The position numbers and the translations under genes are program-made. 64,000 bases of DNA from a virus: the IMG/VR virus record IMGVR_UViG_3300034101_003424, positions 28,767 through 92,766 of that record; one strand, given 5' to 3'. Below, piece after piece: positions 11,375 to 22,061 of the stretch. Positions within the stretch are counted from its first letter, which is position 1. Each line of letters begins with the position of its first letter. Under the pieces are notes generated by a model, which saw nothing but the letters and a program-made list of their open reading frames with translations, did no database searches and had not been told where the DNA came from.

Positions 11375-12325
11375 ATGGCAAAATTACAGAGTACAGAGAT
11401 AGTAGGTGTTGCAAATAGACCTGCAACAATATGTTCAAATACAATGTGCATTTGGTTTGACACAACTAATTTAAAAACGGTTATTTCGTATGTTCTTGGT
11501 ACATCTTGGTCAGCAGGTGGTGCAATGATAACTGCAAGACTAAGTTTAGCAGGTGCAGGGTCACAAAACGAAGGACTTGCATTTGCGGGTTATGGAGGAA
11601 CTAATTGCACAGAAGAATACAATGGTACATCTTGGTCAGTAGGTGGTACTTTGGCAATAGGAAGATACCCTTTGGGTAGTGCAGGTACACAGAATGCAGG
11701 ACTTGCTTTTGGTGGGAATCCATTTGGTATGTGTACAGAAGAATATAATGGCACAAGTTGGGCAGCAGGTGGTGCTTTAATAAGAAGTAGGCAATTATTA
11801 GCAGGAGCAGGAACGCAAAATGTAGGACTTGGATTCGGAGGTTACCCCGATACTGCTTCAGTGTGTACAGAAGAATACAATGGCACATCTTGGGCAGCAG
11901 GTGGTGCACTTATAACAGGTAGAAATTCATTAGCAGGGGCAGGAACACAAAATGAAGGACTTGCTATAGGAGGGTACGCAGTAGGTTTTATTAGAGTATC
12001 TTGTACAGAAGAATACAACGGCACATCTTGGTCAGCAGGAGGTGCTTTAATAACTGCAAGAAAATCATTAGCAGGAGCAGGAACACAAAATGTAGGACTT
12101 GCCTTTGGGGGAACTACAGCTTCCCTTGTATCATGCACAGAAGAATACAATGGCACATCTTGGTCAGCAGGAGTTCCGTTAATAACAGCAAGAGATAGAT
12201 TAGCAGGAGCAGGAACACAGAATGAAGGACTTGCTATGGGTGGAGTAAACGGCCCTTCGATAGTTTCATGTACAGAAGAATATAATAAACCATTAACATC
12301 AGTAGTAGTAGATTCAATACAATAA
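11375..12325 (+). CDS. Six-bladed Kelch-like beta-propeller protein
   Basis: Six ~47-aa repeats WSAGGALITAR..LAGAGTQN.GL..GG...CTEEYNG. Confidence 0.8.
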   Translation: MAKLQSTEIVGVANRPATICSNTMCIWFDTTNLKTVISYVLGTSWSAGGAMITARLSLAGAGSQNEGLAFAGYGGTNCTEEYNGTSWSVGGTLAIGRYPLGSAGTQNAGLAFGGNPFGMCTEEYNGTSWAAGGALIRSRQLLAGAGTQNVGLGFGGYPDTASVCTEEYNGTSWAAGGALITGRNSLAGAGTQNEGLAIGGYAVGFIRVSCTEEYNGTSWSAGGALITARKSLAGAGTQNVGLAFGGTTASLVSCTEEYNGTSWSAGVPLITARDRLAGAGTQNEGLAMGGVNGPSIVSCTEEYNKPLTSVVVDSIQ

Positions 12326-12326
12326 T

Positions 12327-13289
12327 ATGGCAAAATTACAAAGCACAGAGATAGTAGGTGTTGCAAATAGACCTGCAACAATATGTTCCAATAGTGTTTG
12401 TATTTGGTTTGATACGACTAATACTAAAATAGTTTATTCATATTGTGGGTATAGTGGTGCAGGTGTCTGGTCAGCAGGGGGTGCTTTGATAACGGCACGA
12501 AGATATTTAGCAGGTGCAGGGTCACAAAACGAAGGACTTGCAGCAGGAGGTTTTACAACTGTAGTGGTATCATGTACAGAAGAATACAATGGTACATCTT
12601 GGTCAGCAGGGGGTGCATTGATAGTAGCTAACTATGCACATGAAAGTGTTGGTACACAAAATATAGGTCTTGTAATTGGTGGTTATAACGGAAGTATTAA
12701 TTTAGCTTGTACCGAAGAATACAATGGCACATCTTGGTCAGTAGGGGGTGCGTTGATAACTGCAAGAAGGGCATCTGCAAGTGGAGGTGTACAAAATGAA
12801 GCCTTTGCCGCAGGAGGTCTTACAAGTGTTGGTGTATCTAATACAGAGGAATATAATGGGACATCTTGGTCAGCAGGAGGAGCATTGATAACAGCAAGAT
12901 ATGTTTTAGCAGGAGCAGGAACGCAAAATGTAGGATTAGCTATGGGAGGTTTTACAAATGTGAATGTATCTTGTACGGAGGAATATAATGGTACATCTTG
13001 GTCAGCGGGAGGTGCAGTAATAGTAGCAAGGTCAAATTTAGCAGGAGCAGGTACGCAGAATGAAGCATTAGTTATGGCAGGTGAAATACCCGCAGCATCA
13101 AGTTGTACAGAAGAATATAATGGTACAAGTTGGTCAGTAGGTGGTGTTTTAATAACGGTAAGGACACATATACCTGCAAGTGGAGGTTCTCAGGGAGCTG
13201 CATTTTTAGCAGGTGGATGGACAGGAGCTGTTACATCTTGCACCGAAGAATACAATAAACCATTAGCAATAATAGACTGTATTAAATAG
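12327..13289 (+). CDS. Six-bladed Kelch-like beta-propeller protein (paralog)
   Basis: Same N-terminus and six repeats. Confidence 0.8.
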   Translation: MAKLQSTEIVGVANRPATICSNSVCIWFDTTNTKIVYSYCGYSGAGVWSAGGALITARRYLAGAGSQNEGLAAGGFTTVVVSCTEEYNGTSWSAGGALIVANYAHESVGTQNIGLVIGGYNGSINLACTEEYNGTSWSVGGALITARRASASGGVQNEAFAAGGLTSVGVSNTEEYNGTSWSAGGALITARYVLAGAGTQNVGLAMGGFTNVNVSCTEEYNGTSWSAGGAVIVARSNLAGAGTQNEALVMAGEIPAASSCTEEYNGTSWSVGGVLITVRTHIPASGGSQGAAFLAGGWTGAVTSCTEEYNKPLAIIDCIK

Positions 13290-13299
13290 AATATACAAT

Positions 13300-14250
13300 A
13301 TGGCAAAATTACAGAGTAGTGAAGTTGTTGGAGTTGCAAATAGACCTGCAACAATATGTGTAAATACTGTTTGTTTATGGTTTGATACAACTACTCAAAA
13401 ACCAATGGCATCTTATTGTGCAAGGAGTGGTGCAGGAGCTTGGTCAGCAGGAGGTGCGCTGATAACAGCAAGATTTTATTTAGCAGGAGCAGGAACACAA
13501 AATGCAGGACTTGTGGTTGGAGGGTATACAAATGCAAGTGTAGCAAATACAGAAGAATATAATGGTACGTCTTGGTCAGCAGGTGGTGCAATTATAACAG
13601 GTAGATATGATTTAGCAGGAGCAGGAACACAAAATGAAGGACTTGCTATAGGAGGTTATACAAATGTATCTTTGTCTTGTACAGAAGAGTATAATGGAAC
13701 ATCGTGGACAACAGGAGGTGCTTTAATAACAGCAAGATGGGGATTAAGAGGTGCAGGTGAGCAGAATTCAGGACTTGTAACAGGCGGTTTTACGAATGTA
13801 ACTGTTTCATGTACCGAAGAATATAATGGCACATCTTGGTCAACAGGAGGTGTAATGATAGTAGGCAGACGCCCATCAATGTCAGCAGGATTTCAGAATG
13901 TAGGACTTGCAGCAGGAGGTTTTACGAATGTAAATGTTTCATGTACCGAAGAATATAATGGCACATCTTGGTCAACAGGAGGTGTAATGATAATTGCACG
14001 ATGTTATTCATCAGGAGCAGGAACACAAAATGAAGCCTTTGTTGCAGGAGGTTATACAAATGTATGTGTGTCTTGTACAGAAGAGTATAATGGAACATCG
14101 TGGACAACAGGAGGTGCTTTAATAACAGCAAGGCATACTTTAGCAGGAGCAGGTACACAAGGGGCAGGACTTGTAATGGGAGGTTATATAATTTCTTGCA
14201 CAGAAGAATACCTAAAATCATCATACACAATAGTAAATTGTATCTTATAA
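13300..14250 (+). CDS. Six-bladed Kelch-like beta-propeller protein (paralog)
   Basis: Same N-terminus and six repeats. Confidence 0.8.
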   Translation: MAKLQSSEVVGVANRPATICVNTVCLWFDTTTQKPMASYCARSGAGAWSAGGALITARFYLAGAGTQNAGLVVGGYTNASVANTEEYNGTSWSAGGAIITGRYDLAGAGTQNEGLAIGGYTNVSLSCTEEYNGTSWTTGGALITARWGLRGAGEQNSGLVTGGFTNVTVSCTEEYNGTSWSTGGVMIVGRRPSMSAGFQNVGLAAGGFTNVNVSCTEEYNGTSWSTGGVMIIARCYSSGAGTQNEAFVAGGYTNVCVSCTEEYNGTSWTTGGALITARHTLAGAGTQGAGLVMGGYIISCTEEYLKSSYTIVNCIL

Positions 14251-14278
14251 TTTACATATAACAAAAAATAGTTTTAAT

Positions 14279-15154
14279 ATGAATAAATACGTTATTTGGC
14301 ACATTCAAGGAGGTTTAGGAAAAAATGTGGCAGCAACAGGATTACCAAAGACAATAAAAGAAGTATATAGTGACAGACAACTTATAATGGTTGTGTCATA
14401 TCCCGAAGTTTTCCTAAACAATCCTTATGTTGATAGGGTATATCCGTTAGGTAATTGCCCCTACTTTTACGAGGATTTTATAGAGAATAAGGATACCCTT
14501 GTTTTTAGGCATGAACCTTACAATCAAACAGGACATATTTTAAAGCATAAGCATTTAATTAATAATTGGTGTGACTTACTTGGAATAGAATACAGCAATC
14601 AAACCCCTCAATTATACCCCAACTACTCAGAGAAGATAAATGCGAAGAAATGGTTTAGAGATAAGCCTGTCGTAGTATTACAAACATCAGGTGGAGAGTT
14701 AGAATCAAAAAATGTATATTCATGGTGTAGAGATATGCCACAAGATATAGCACAGTTAATTGTAGATAAATATAAAGATTCATTTCATATATTTCATGTA
14801 TCAAGGCAAGGAGGATATGTTTTAAATAATGTAGAAAGAATTGATACTAAATTATCTAACATGGAATTATTTAGCATGTTAACTGTATCATCTAAGAGAT
14901 TTTTAATTGATTCATCTTTGCAACATGCAGCGGTAGCCATTAATTTACCATCTGTTGTATTTTGGATTGGGACATCTCCGCAAGTTTTTGGTTACGATAT
15001 GCATACGAATATTGTGGCGAAGCAGATTAATAATAAGAATCATTTAATTGGCTCTTACCTATTTGACTTTCAGTTTGATTACAATGTGCATGAATGTCCG
15101 TACAGTACCTTAGAGGAAATGTTTGATATAAATGATGTAATAAATAAGATATAA
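14279..15154 (+). CDS. Glycosyltransferase, GT-B fold (GT9-like)
   Basis: GGLGK N-terminal motif, NNPYVD, IDSSLQHAA. Confidence 0.65.
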   Translation: MNKYVIWHIQGGLGKNVAATGLPKTIKEVYSDRQLIMVVSYPEVFLNNPYVDRVYPLGNCPYFYEDFIENKDTLVFRHEPYNQTGHILKHKHLINNWCDLLGIEYSNQTPQLYPNYSEKINAKKWFRDKPVVVLQTSGGELESKNVYSWCRDMPQDIAQLIVDKYKDSFHIFHVSRQGGYVLNNVERIDTKLSNMELFSMLTVSSKRFLIDSSLQHAAVAINLPSVVFWIGTSPQVFGYDMHTNIVAKQINNKNHLIGSYLFDFQFDYNVHECPYSTLEEMFDINDVINKI

Positions 15155-16072
15155 ATGAAATTTTGCATAGCTACATTGACTCATAGATATGAAGATAGAG
15201 ATGTTTATTTAAGAAAGACTATAGAAAGTTTTATAGATAATACAGAATTTGACGGCATGTTTGATTGGTACATTCATTGTAATGGTCAATATGATTTAAT
15301 GGATGTTGTCATTAAAGAGATGGCTAGTAAATATTGGGATAAGATTAACTTTTACTATTCCTCATCTCCTGATAACATGGGAGTAGGTGTTGGTATTAAT
15401 TATTTGAATTCATTGGTTAGAGATTATGAGTATGTTTTATTTTTAGAAGGAGATTGGATTTGTTTGCCCGGCGAAATTTCTGGTCATAATGATTGGTTAA
15501 GAGATTGCCTTAATTACTTAGACGAAAACAAAAACATCAGTCAAGTGTTACTAAGGAGATACATTAGTGATTTGGATGATAGGCAGTATGGATATGGGTA
15601 TTGGATACGAGAAGATAATATAAAAAGTGTGGGGAAGTTAAAAAATACATATCTCCATTTACATAAGAAAGAATATACCAACAATCCATACATAAGAAGA
15701 AACAATGACTTTTATGATAAGAACATATTACCATTAAATGAATTCTATGATGAAAATGGATTACCTAATGAAATTAAAGGTTTATCCATGTGGGGACAAG
15801 CTGAGATACAAGCAGAGTCAAAAGGATATGAAATAGAATCATGTTATCTAGCATTTGGGAACATGGTACATTGTGAAGCATGGCATTATTATAAAGAGTA
15901 TGATAAATTAATTGAGGAAGATATGACATGTAAAAAGTATTTAGATGTTGGTAAAGCAGGATGTAAATATGGATACTTCTTCCCCGCAAAAAAGTTCTGT
16001 GAAGTATGTGACCATTCTAAAAACTTCACGGATTTAGAAAGACACGAACAGGAATACGAAAGTAAATTATAA
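15155..16072 (+). CDS. Glycosyltransferase family 2-like protein
   Basis: GT-A pattern: N.G...GIN, YVLFLEGDW. Confidence 0.6.
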   Translation: MKFCIATLTHRYEDRDVYLRKTIESFIDNTEFDGMFDWYIHCNGQYDLMDVVIKEMASKYWDKINFYYSSSPDNMGVGVGINYLNSLVRDYEYVLFLEGDWICLPGEISGHNDWLRDCLNYLDENKNISQVLLRRYISDLDDRQYGYGYWIREDNIKSVGKLKNTYLHLHKKEYTNNPYIRRNNDFYDKNILPLNEFYDENGLPNEIKGLSMWGQAEIQAESKGYEIESCYLAFGNMVHCEAWHYYKEYDKLIEEDMTCKKYLDVGKAGCKYGYFFPAKKFCEVCDHSKNFTDLERHEQEYESKL

Positions 16073-16076
16073 GGAT

Positions 16077-17006
16077 ATGACACATAAAAGTAATTTTGAG
16101 AATGTTTTTTGGCATATAGACAGTATGAGATTAATTAGCAACGACTTATATGAAGTAAGCGGTTGGATTTTTAGTACAGAAGGAAGTGTTAAAAAAGTAA
16201 TTATTGGAGACGTAGAATATGCGAATCTCCAAAATGGATTGTACCCTAGAAAAGATGTCAAAGAGGTATATCCTGATTTACCTAATGATCTGGTGGGTTG
16301 GACTTTCATGGTTAAACCCTCTAATGTAAATGCTCCTATAGATATTATTTTGGATAACGAAGTGCAGGTTTCAAATATCGGCACCTTAGATTCCTGGCAT
16401 GTCTTTAATTCCGGTTTTAATCCTCACGCTTCTAAAGATATTGTTGTTGTAGATAATTTTTACATGCAACCAGACTTAGTGAGAGACTATGCTATTCATA
16501 ATCTAAAATATTCCGAATCTGATTACCACAGAGGCAGAAGAAGTGATACCTCTTTTATACTAAATGGAACACTAGAAAGATTTGAGGAGATATTAGGGAG
16601 ACCTATCTATAATTGGAACCATCCGGAATATGCCAATGGGAGATTTCAATATTGTACTTCGACAGATCCTATTGTATATCATGTAGATTCTCAAAAGTAT
16701 GCCGCCATGGTTTACTTAACGCCGGATGCACCTTTACAGAGTGGAACCGCAACATACAAAAGCATTCACACAAAAAAGACAAAGTTTGATGAAGCTAGTG
16801 GTAAAGATTACGAGAAAGCATTTAAGGGAAGAAGTAGCGAATTAAATTTTTATGATAAGACATCTTTTGAACTAGTTGATAATATAGCTAACGTATATAA
16901 TAGATTAGTTTTGTTTGATGCTAAAAATATTCATGCTGCTGTAAACTACTTCGGTGACACTAAAGAAAATAGTAGATTTTTCCATTTATTCTTTTTTGAT
17001 ATATGA
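16077..17006 (+). CDS. DUF6445-like / 2OG-Fe(II) oxygenase-like protein
   Basis: VVVDNFY..PD.VR, HVD, YLTP, NRLVLF, HAA. Confidence 0.65.
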   Translation: MTHKSNFENVFWHIDSMRLISNDLYEVSGWIFSTEGSVKKVIIGDVEYANLQNGLYPRKDVKEVYPDLPNDLVGWTFMVKPSNVNAPIDIILDNEVQVSNIGTLDSWHVFNSGFNPHASKDIVVVDNFYMQPDLVRDYAIHNLKYSESDYHRGRRSDTSFILNGTLERFEEILGRPIYNWNHPEYANGRFQYCTSTDPIVYHVDSQKYAAMVYLTPDAPLQSGTATYKSIHTKKTKFDEASGKDYEKAFKGRSSELNFYDKTSFELVDNIANVYNRLVLFDAKNIHAAVNYFGDTKENSRFFHLFFFDI

Positions 17007-18856
17007 AGACTAGATTCCAGGTTATAACAAGATGTACAAGACCTCAAAATCTTTTACAGATATATGATAGTTTTAATTATACTTCAACTAGCAATCATTT
17101 TGTAAATTGGCATGTGTTATTTGACACCTCGTCTTTGATTGATATTGATTCTAAATTACTTCAGGAATTATATAAGAGAGATGCCATTTTACATTTTTTA
17201 GAAAGTGATGGTACCGATTATCTATATCCTCAAATAAGTGAACTTGTTAGTAATCTTGATGGAGGATGGGTTGTAATTATGGATGACGACAATATATGCT
17301 ATCCTAATTATTTTGATGTCCTTAGTGATGAAATAAAGAATAATAGCAAGTTGGCTTATGTTTACGAACAAGAAGTAAATGGTAGAGATTTCACCGGACT
17401 AGACATAAGGAAAGTCGGCCCGGAGCACATGAAGTTAAAACATATTGATTCAGCACAATATATCATACATACCTCTTTACATCAAAAATTAAAATATGAA
17501 CCCGGATATGATGCTGATGGTAAATTTATAGAAAAATTATATGACGAACATTCTGATAAATTTGGTTTCATAGAAAAACCACTGTGTTATTATAATGCTT
17601 TAGCGGTAGAATCAAAAGCTAGAGTTCCTAAAGTTTTATATTTGGGACCAGATAAACCAGAATTAAAAAGTGTAAAGTATGCAGATTATGAAGACGATTC
17701 TCTAAATGTAAAATATATTGAGAACGATCAAAACATAAGTAAAGATATAGCTGATTTTAATCCTGATTCTATCATAAGCATTTCAGATGATTATTATAAA
17801 GAATATAAGAACCTATGCAACCAGCCATCCTATGTTAGAAATAGATGGATTAACTTAAATCCTCACCACGATAAAGAAACAGGGATATCTTATAATGTAG
17901 GAGAGATAGCATATAATTGCGCGATGAATAGCATACTTAGGTCTGACTACGATGCGGTGGTTTCTTTCTTTACACCAATTTACAACACGAAAGAAAAACT
18001 TTGGACAACTTATGACTCAGTAAAGAATCAGACATTTCCGAACTGGGAATGGGTTATAGTTAATGACTCTTCTGACGGAGGTAAAACTTTAAAGATTGCC
18101 TTGGAAATAGCATCACAAGACCATCGAGTTAAGGTATATGACTTTAGAGAAAAATCAGGTGGTATTATAGGCGAATCTAAATACAGAGCAGCAACACTTA
18201 CTAAAGGCAGATGGTTAGCAGAGTTAGATCATGACGATTATCTTATGCCAGATTGCGCAAAGTACATAATAGAGGCAGCTAATAAGTTTCCAGATGCAGG
18301 ATTCATATATACCGATAGCGTAGAACTAGATGAATTTCACAACTCTATGACTTATCCGGATGGGTTTTGTTTTGGTTATGGTAAGTATCGAAAAGAGAAT
18401 CATTATAGGAATACTTGGGATGTTGTAGATTCTCCGAACATCAATCCAAAAACAATTAGACACATAGTAGGCGTACCAAACCATGTTAGAGTATGGAGAA
18501 GAGATGTTTATTTTTCGGTGGGAGGACACAATAGAAATCTATCCATCGCAGATGACTATGAATTAATCGTCAGAACATTTCTAAAGACTAAGTTTGTAAA
18601 AATACCAAAATTAGGATATCTTCAATACATCTATAATAATTCAAATGGAAGAAATACACATGACTTATCAAGAGCAGATATCCAGAGAAGAGTCAGATCA
18701 ATCATGTATTTTTATAATGATGCAATAAATGAAAGATTTAAAGAATTAGGAGTGATTGATTATGCATATAAAGAAAATGAAAACAATCCTTTAAATGTAG
18801 AAAGTAGATTTGGAGAAGATGAAAACTATGTAAATTATATATTCAATGACTTATAG
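17003..18856 (+). CDS. Two-domain glycosyltransferase family 2
   Basis: MDDDN in first domain; TPIYNT...WEWVIVND...ELDHDD...DDYEL in second. Confidence 0.85.
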   Translation: MKTRFQVITRCTRPQNLLQIYDSFNYTSTSNHFVNWHVLFDTSSLIDIDSKLLQELYKRDAILHFLESDGTDYLYPQISELVSNLDGGWVVIMDDDNICYPNYFDVLSDEIKNNSKLAYVYEQEVNGRDFTGLDIRKVGPEHMKLKHIDSAQYIIHTSLHQKLKYEPGYDADGKFIEKLYDEHSDKFGFIEKPLCYYNALAVESKARVPKVLYLGPDKPELKSVKYADYEDDSLNVKYIENDQNISKDIADFNPDSIISISDDYYKEYKNLCNQPSYVRNRWINLNPHHDKETGISYNVGEIAYNCAMNSILRSDYDAVVSFFTPIYNTKEKLWTTYDSVKNQTFPNWEWVIVNDSSDGGKTLKIALEIASQDHRVKVYDFREKSGGIIGESKYRAATLTKGRWLAELDHDDYLMPDCAKYIIEAANKFPDAGFIYTDSVELDEFHNSMTYPDGFCFGYGKYRKENHYRNTWDVVDSPNINPKTIRHIVGVPNHVRVWRRDVYFSVGGHNRNLSIADDYELIVRTFLKTKFVKIPKLGYLQYIYNNSNGRNTHDLSRADIQRRVRSIMYFYNDAINERFKELGVIDYAYKENENNPLNVESRFGEDENYVNYIFNDL

Positions 18857-19511
18857 TGTAATCATTCCTACATTATGGAGATGTAACTTAGAGGAATTTT
18901 ATAATACCCTGCGAATTTTCTGCGGGGAACCTCAAATAAAAGAAATCATATTAATAGACAATGACATAACATTTAAACAAACAATAAAACAAAACATATT
19001 AAACATAAGCTATAAAATAAAATACTATCCACAACAAGAAAATATATATGTAAACCCATCATGGAACTTAGGCGTATCAAAATCCAGCGGGGAACACTTA
19101 ATGATAGTAAATGATGACTTCCACATAACATCTAAAAAAACATTAAAAAACATATTAAAAACACATCAAGATAATAAAGACATATTAAATAGCATATATG
19201 GAATATCAACATCATGCTACATAGAAGAACCAACATCAAATAAAATATACTTAACAGACAATGAAGGAAGAGGAACCGGGTGGGGATGCTTCTTCATATT
19301 ACATAAAGATACATGGACAGACATCCCAAATGAATTAAAAATATGGTTCGGAGATGACTACATAACAAAACATGTATTAAGAAATGGAGGAAAAGTCTAT
19401 ACATTCAAAAATATACATGCATATCCATTCTCACAAACAATATCTCTACAAATATTTAATAGCATCCTAGATAATGACACTAAAATATACATGGAGAAAT
19501 ATGACATTTAA
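18846..19511 (+). CDS. Glycosyltransferase family 2
   Basis: SVIIPT, IDND, WNLG, VNDD, WFGDD. Confidence 0.75.
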   Translation: MTYSVIIPTLWRCNLEEFYNTLRIFCGEPQIKEIILIDNDITFKQTIKQNILNISYKIKYYPQQENIYVNPSWNLGVSKSSGEHLMIVNDDFHITSKKTLKNILKTHQDNKDILNSIYGISTSCYIEEPTSNKIYLTDNEGRGTGWGCFFILHKDTWTDIPNELKIWFGDDYITKHVLRNGGKVYTFKNIHAYPFSQTISLQIFNSILDNDTKIYMEKYDI

Positions 19512-19550
19512 CTTTGTTACTGCATATTTATAAGTAATAACATGTAAGTA

Positions 19551-21971
19551 ATGAGAATAGACCAAATAGAATTATCAGGTTCGTTATTTGTCACAGCAAG
19601 TGCATCAATCATATTAGGACAGACTAAGATATCCTCTGACAACAACGGGTCAATATCTTTTACAAATGTCAGTAACCCAACGCAAAAAGTAATAGGTTCA
19701 TATTCGGGTTCATTCACAGGTAGTATAAAATTACCTACTATTCCACTTGGTACTTCCGAAACAAATATAGTATTGGTTAATGGTAGTGGAGGTCTAGTAT
19801 ATAGAAGCAACCTATCTTTAACGGGTGCTCAAGGTAGTCAAGGTGCAACAGGAGTACAAGGAACTAACGGCACTGTAGGTACACAAGGTTTTCAAGGCAA
19901 TCAAGGTTCTCAAGGTAACCAAGGTATTCAAGGAACAGTAGGAACACAAGGAACTAACGGCACTGTAGGTACACAAGGTTTCCAAGGCAATCAAGGAACA
20001 ACGGGTTTACAAGGCACTACAGGAGCTCAAGGCACTCAAGGATTTCAAGGTATTCAAGGAACAGTAGGTACACAAGGAAGTCAAGGAGCAAATATAGCAT
20101 CCACTGAATCAAGACCATCTCCCATAAACGCAGACCAAATGTGTTTATGGTTTGACACCACAAGTAAGATGCCAATGGTTTCTTATTGCATTAACACATC
20201 ATTAGTGGGTTCTTGGTCAGCGGGAGGGGCATTGATAACGGCAAGATTCGGTTTAGCAGGAGCAGGAACACAAAATGCGGGACTTGTAGCAGGAGGTTAT
20301 ATAAATGCAAACGTAGCCTGCACCGAAGAATATAATGGCACATCTTGGTCAGCAGGTGGTGTATTGATAACAGCAAGACGTTATTTAGCAGGTTTAGGGA
20401 CACAAAATGCAGGACTTGTAACAGGAGGCTATACAAATGAAGTAGTAGCCTGCACCGAAGAATATAATGGCACATCTTGGTCAGTAGGTGGTGCATTAAT
20501 AACACCAAGATATGGTTCAGCAGGAGCAGGAACACAGAATGCAGGTCTTGCAACAGGAGGTTATTTTTCAGGAGGAGGTGTGTCTTGTACAGAAGAATAC
20601 AATGGTTCATTATGGTCAGCAGGTGGTGCATTGATAACAGCAAGACAAATATTAGCAGGTGCAGGTTCACAAAATGCAGGTCTTGTTGCAGGAGGTTATT
20701 TTTCAGGAGGAGGTGTGTCTTGTACAGAAGAATATGATGGTACATCATGGTCAGCAGGAGGTACACTAATAACAGCAAGGTATGCTTTAGCAGGAGCGGG
20801 AACACAAAATGCTGGACTCGCATCAGGAGGATACCCAACTGTATCCTGCACCGAAGAATACAATGGCACATCTTGGTCAGCAGGAGGTGCATTGATAACA
20901 GCAAGAGGTTATTTTGCGGGAGCAGGTACGCAAAATGCAGGACTTGTAGCAGGAGGGATTGGAGGCACAGCATGTACAGAAGAATACAACGCACCAACCG
21001 AAATCGTTGACCGTAGTTTAGACTCATCTTACAATACAGCACAATATCCAAATAGACCTGAGATACTTGAAACAGGAATGTGTATGTGGTTTGATTCTGT
21101 GAATAGAAAACCTATGGTATCTTACTATGGGTTTGGAGGTATTGGTTCTTGGTCAGCAGGTGGTGCATTGATAACTGCAAGAGGTTATTTAGCAGGAGCA
21201 GGGACACAAAATGAAGTATTTATAGCAGGAGGTTATGCTGGAGCTAATGTATCATGCACAGAAGAATACAATGGCACATCTTGGTCAGCAGGAGGTGCAT
21301 TGTCTACTGCAAGACATGTTTTAATAGGAGCAGGAACACAAAATGTAGGACTTGTAGCAGGAGGAAATAATGGTGCAAATGTTTCATGCACAGAAGAATA
21401 CAATGGCACATCTTGGTCAGCAGGTGGTTCATTGATAACAGCAAGAGGATATTTAGCAGGTACAGGAACACAAAATGAAGCATTTGCAGCAGGGGGTTCT
21501 TCAAATACAATTGTCTCATGCACAGAAGAATATAATGGCACATCTTGGTCAGCAGGTGGTGCATTAATAACAGCAAGATATCGTTTCGCAGGAGCGGGAA
21601 CACAGAATGCAGGTCTTGCTATGGGAGGTGACACAGGTGCGGGGACTGCCCTTACTTGCACAGAAGAATACAATGGCATTGCATGGTCAGCAGAGAGTGC
21701 AATGACAGTTTCAAAATTTTATTTAGCAGCAGCAGGAACACAAAACGAAGGTATTGCTTTTGCATCATATACAAAGGAAACTTGTACTGAAGAGTACAAC
21801 GGTATATCTTGGTCAGCAGGTGGAGCAATGTCAAATTCAAGATACGGCCCACTTGCAGGAGCAGGTACACAAAATGCAGGACTTGCAGCAGGAGGTACAG
21901 GCGGTGGAGTTGCTCGTTCTTTCACAGAAGAATATAATAAACTACTTCAAATAGTTGATTGCTGCTTATAA
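19551..21971 (+). CDS. Collagen-like fibre with two C-terminal Kelch-like propellers
   Basis: SGS-rich N-terminus, G-X-Q stalk, 12 TEEY repeats in two sets of six. Confidence 0.8.
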   Translation: MRIDQIELSGSLFVTASASIILGQTKISSDNNGSISFTNVSNPTQKVIGSYSGSFTGSIKLPTIPLGTSETNIVLVNGSGGLVYRSNLSLTGAQGSQGATGVQGTNGTVGTQGFQGNQGSQGNQGIQGTVGTQGTNGTVGTQGFQGNQGTTGLQGTTGAQGTQGFQGIQGTVGTQGSQGANIASTESRPSPINADQMCLWFDTTSKMPMVSYCINTSLVGSWSAGGALITARFGLAGAGTQNAGLVAGGYINANVACTEEYNGTSWSAGGVLITARRYLAGLGTQNAGLVTGGYTNEVVACTEEYNGTSWSVGGALITPRYGSAGAGTQNAGLATGGYFSGGGVSCTEEYNGSLWSAGGALITARQILAGAGSQNAGLVAGGYFSGGGVSCTEEYDGTSWSAGGTLITARYALAGAGTQNAGLASGGYPTVSCTEEYNGTSWSAGGALITARGYFAGAGTQNAGLVAGGIGGTACTEEYNAPTEIVDRSLDSSYNTAQYPNRPEILETGMCMWFDSVNRKPMVSYYGFGGIGSWSAGGALITARGYLAGAGTQNEVFIAGGYAGANVSCTEEYNGTSWSAGGALSTARHVLIGAGTQNVGLVAGGNNGANVSCTEEYNGTSWSAGGSLITARGYLAGTGTQNEAFAAGGSSNTIVSCTEEYNGTSWSAGGALITARYRFAGAGTQNAGLAMGGDTGAGTALTCTEEYNGIAWSAESAMTVSKFYLAAAGTQNEGIAFASYTKETCTEEYNGISWSAGGAMSNSRYGPLAGAGTQNAGLAAGGTGGGVARSFTEEYNKLLQIVDCCL

Positions 21972-22061
21972 AATTTTGCGGAGAAGAACCAACATAAAAA
22001 AACACATGTACAATATAAACAAAATAAAATGTCTATTTATAATTAATAAACTCTACATTTA

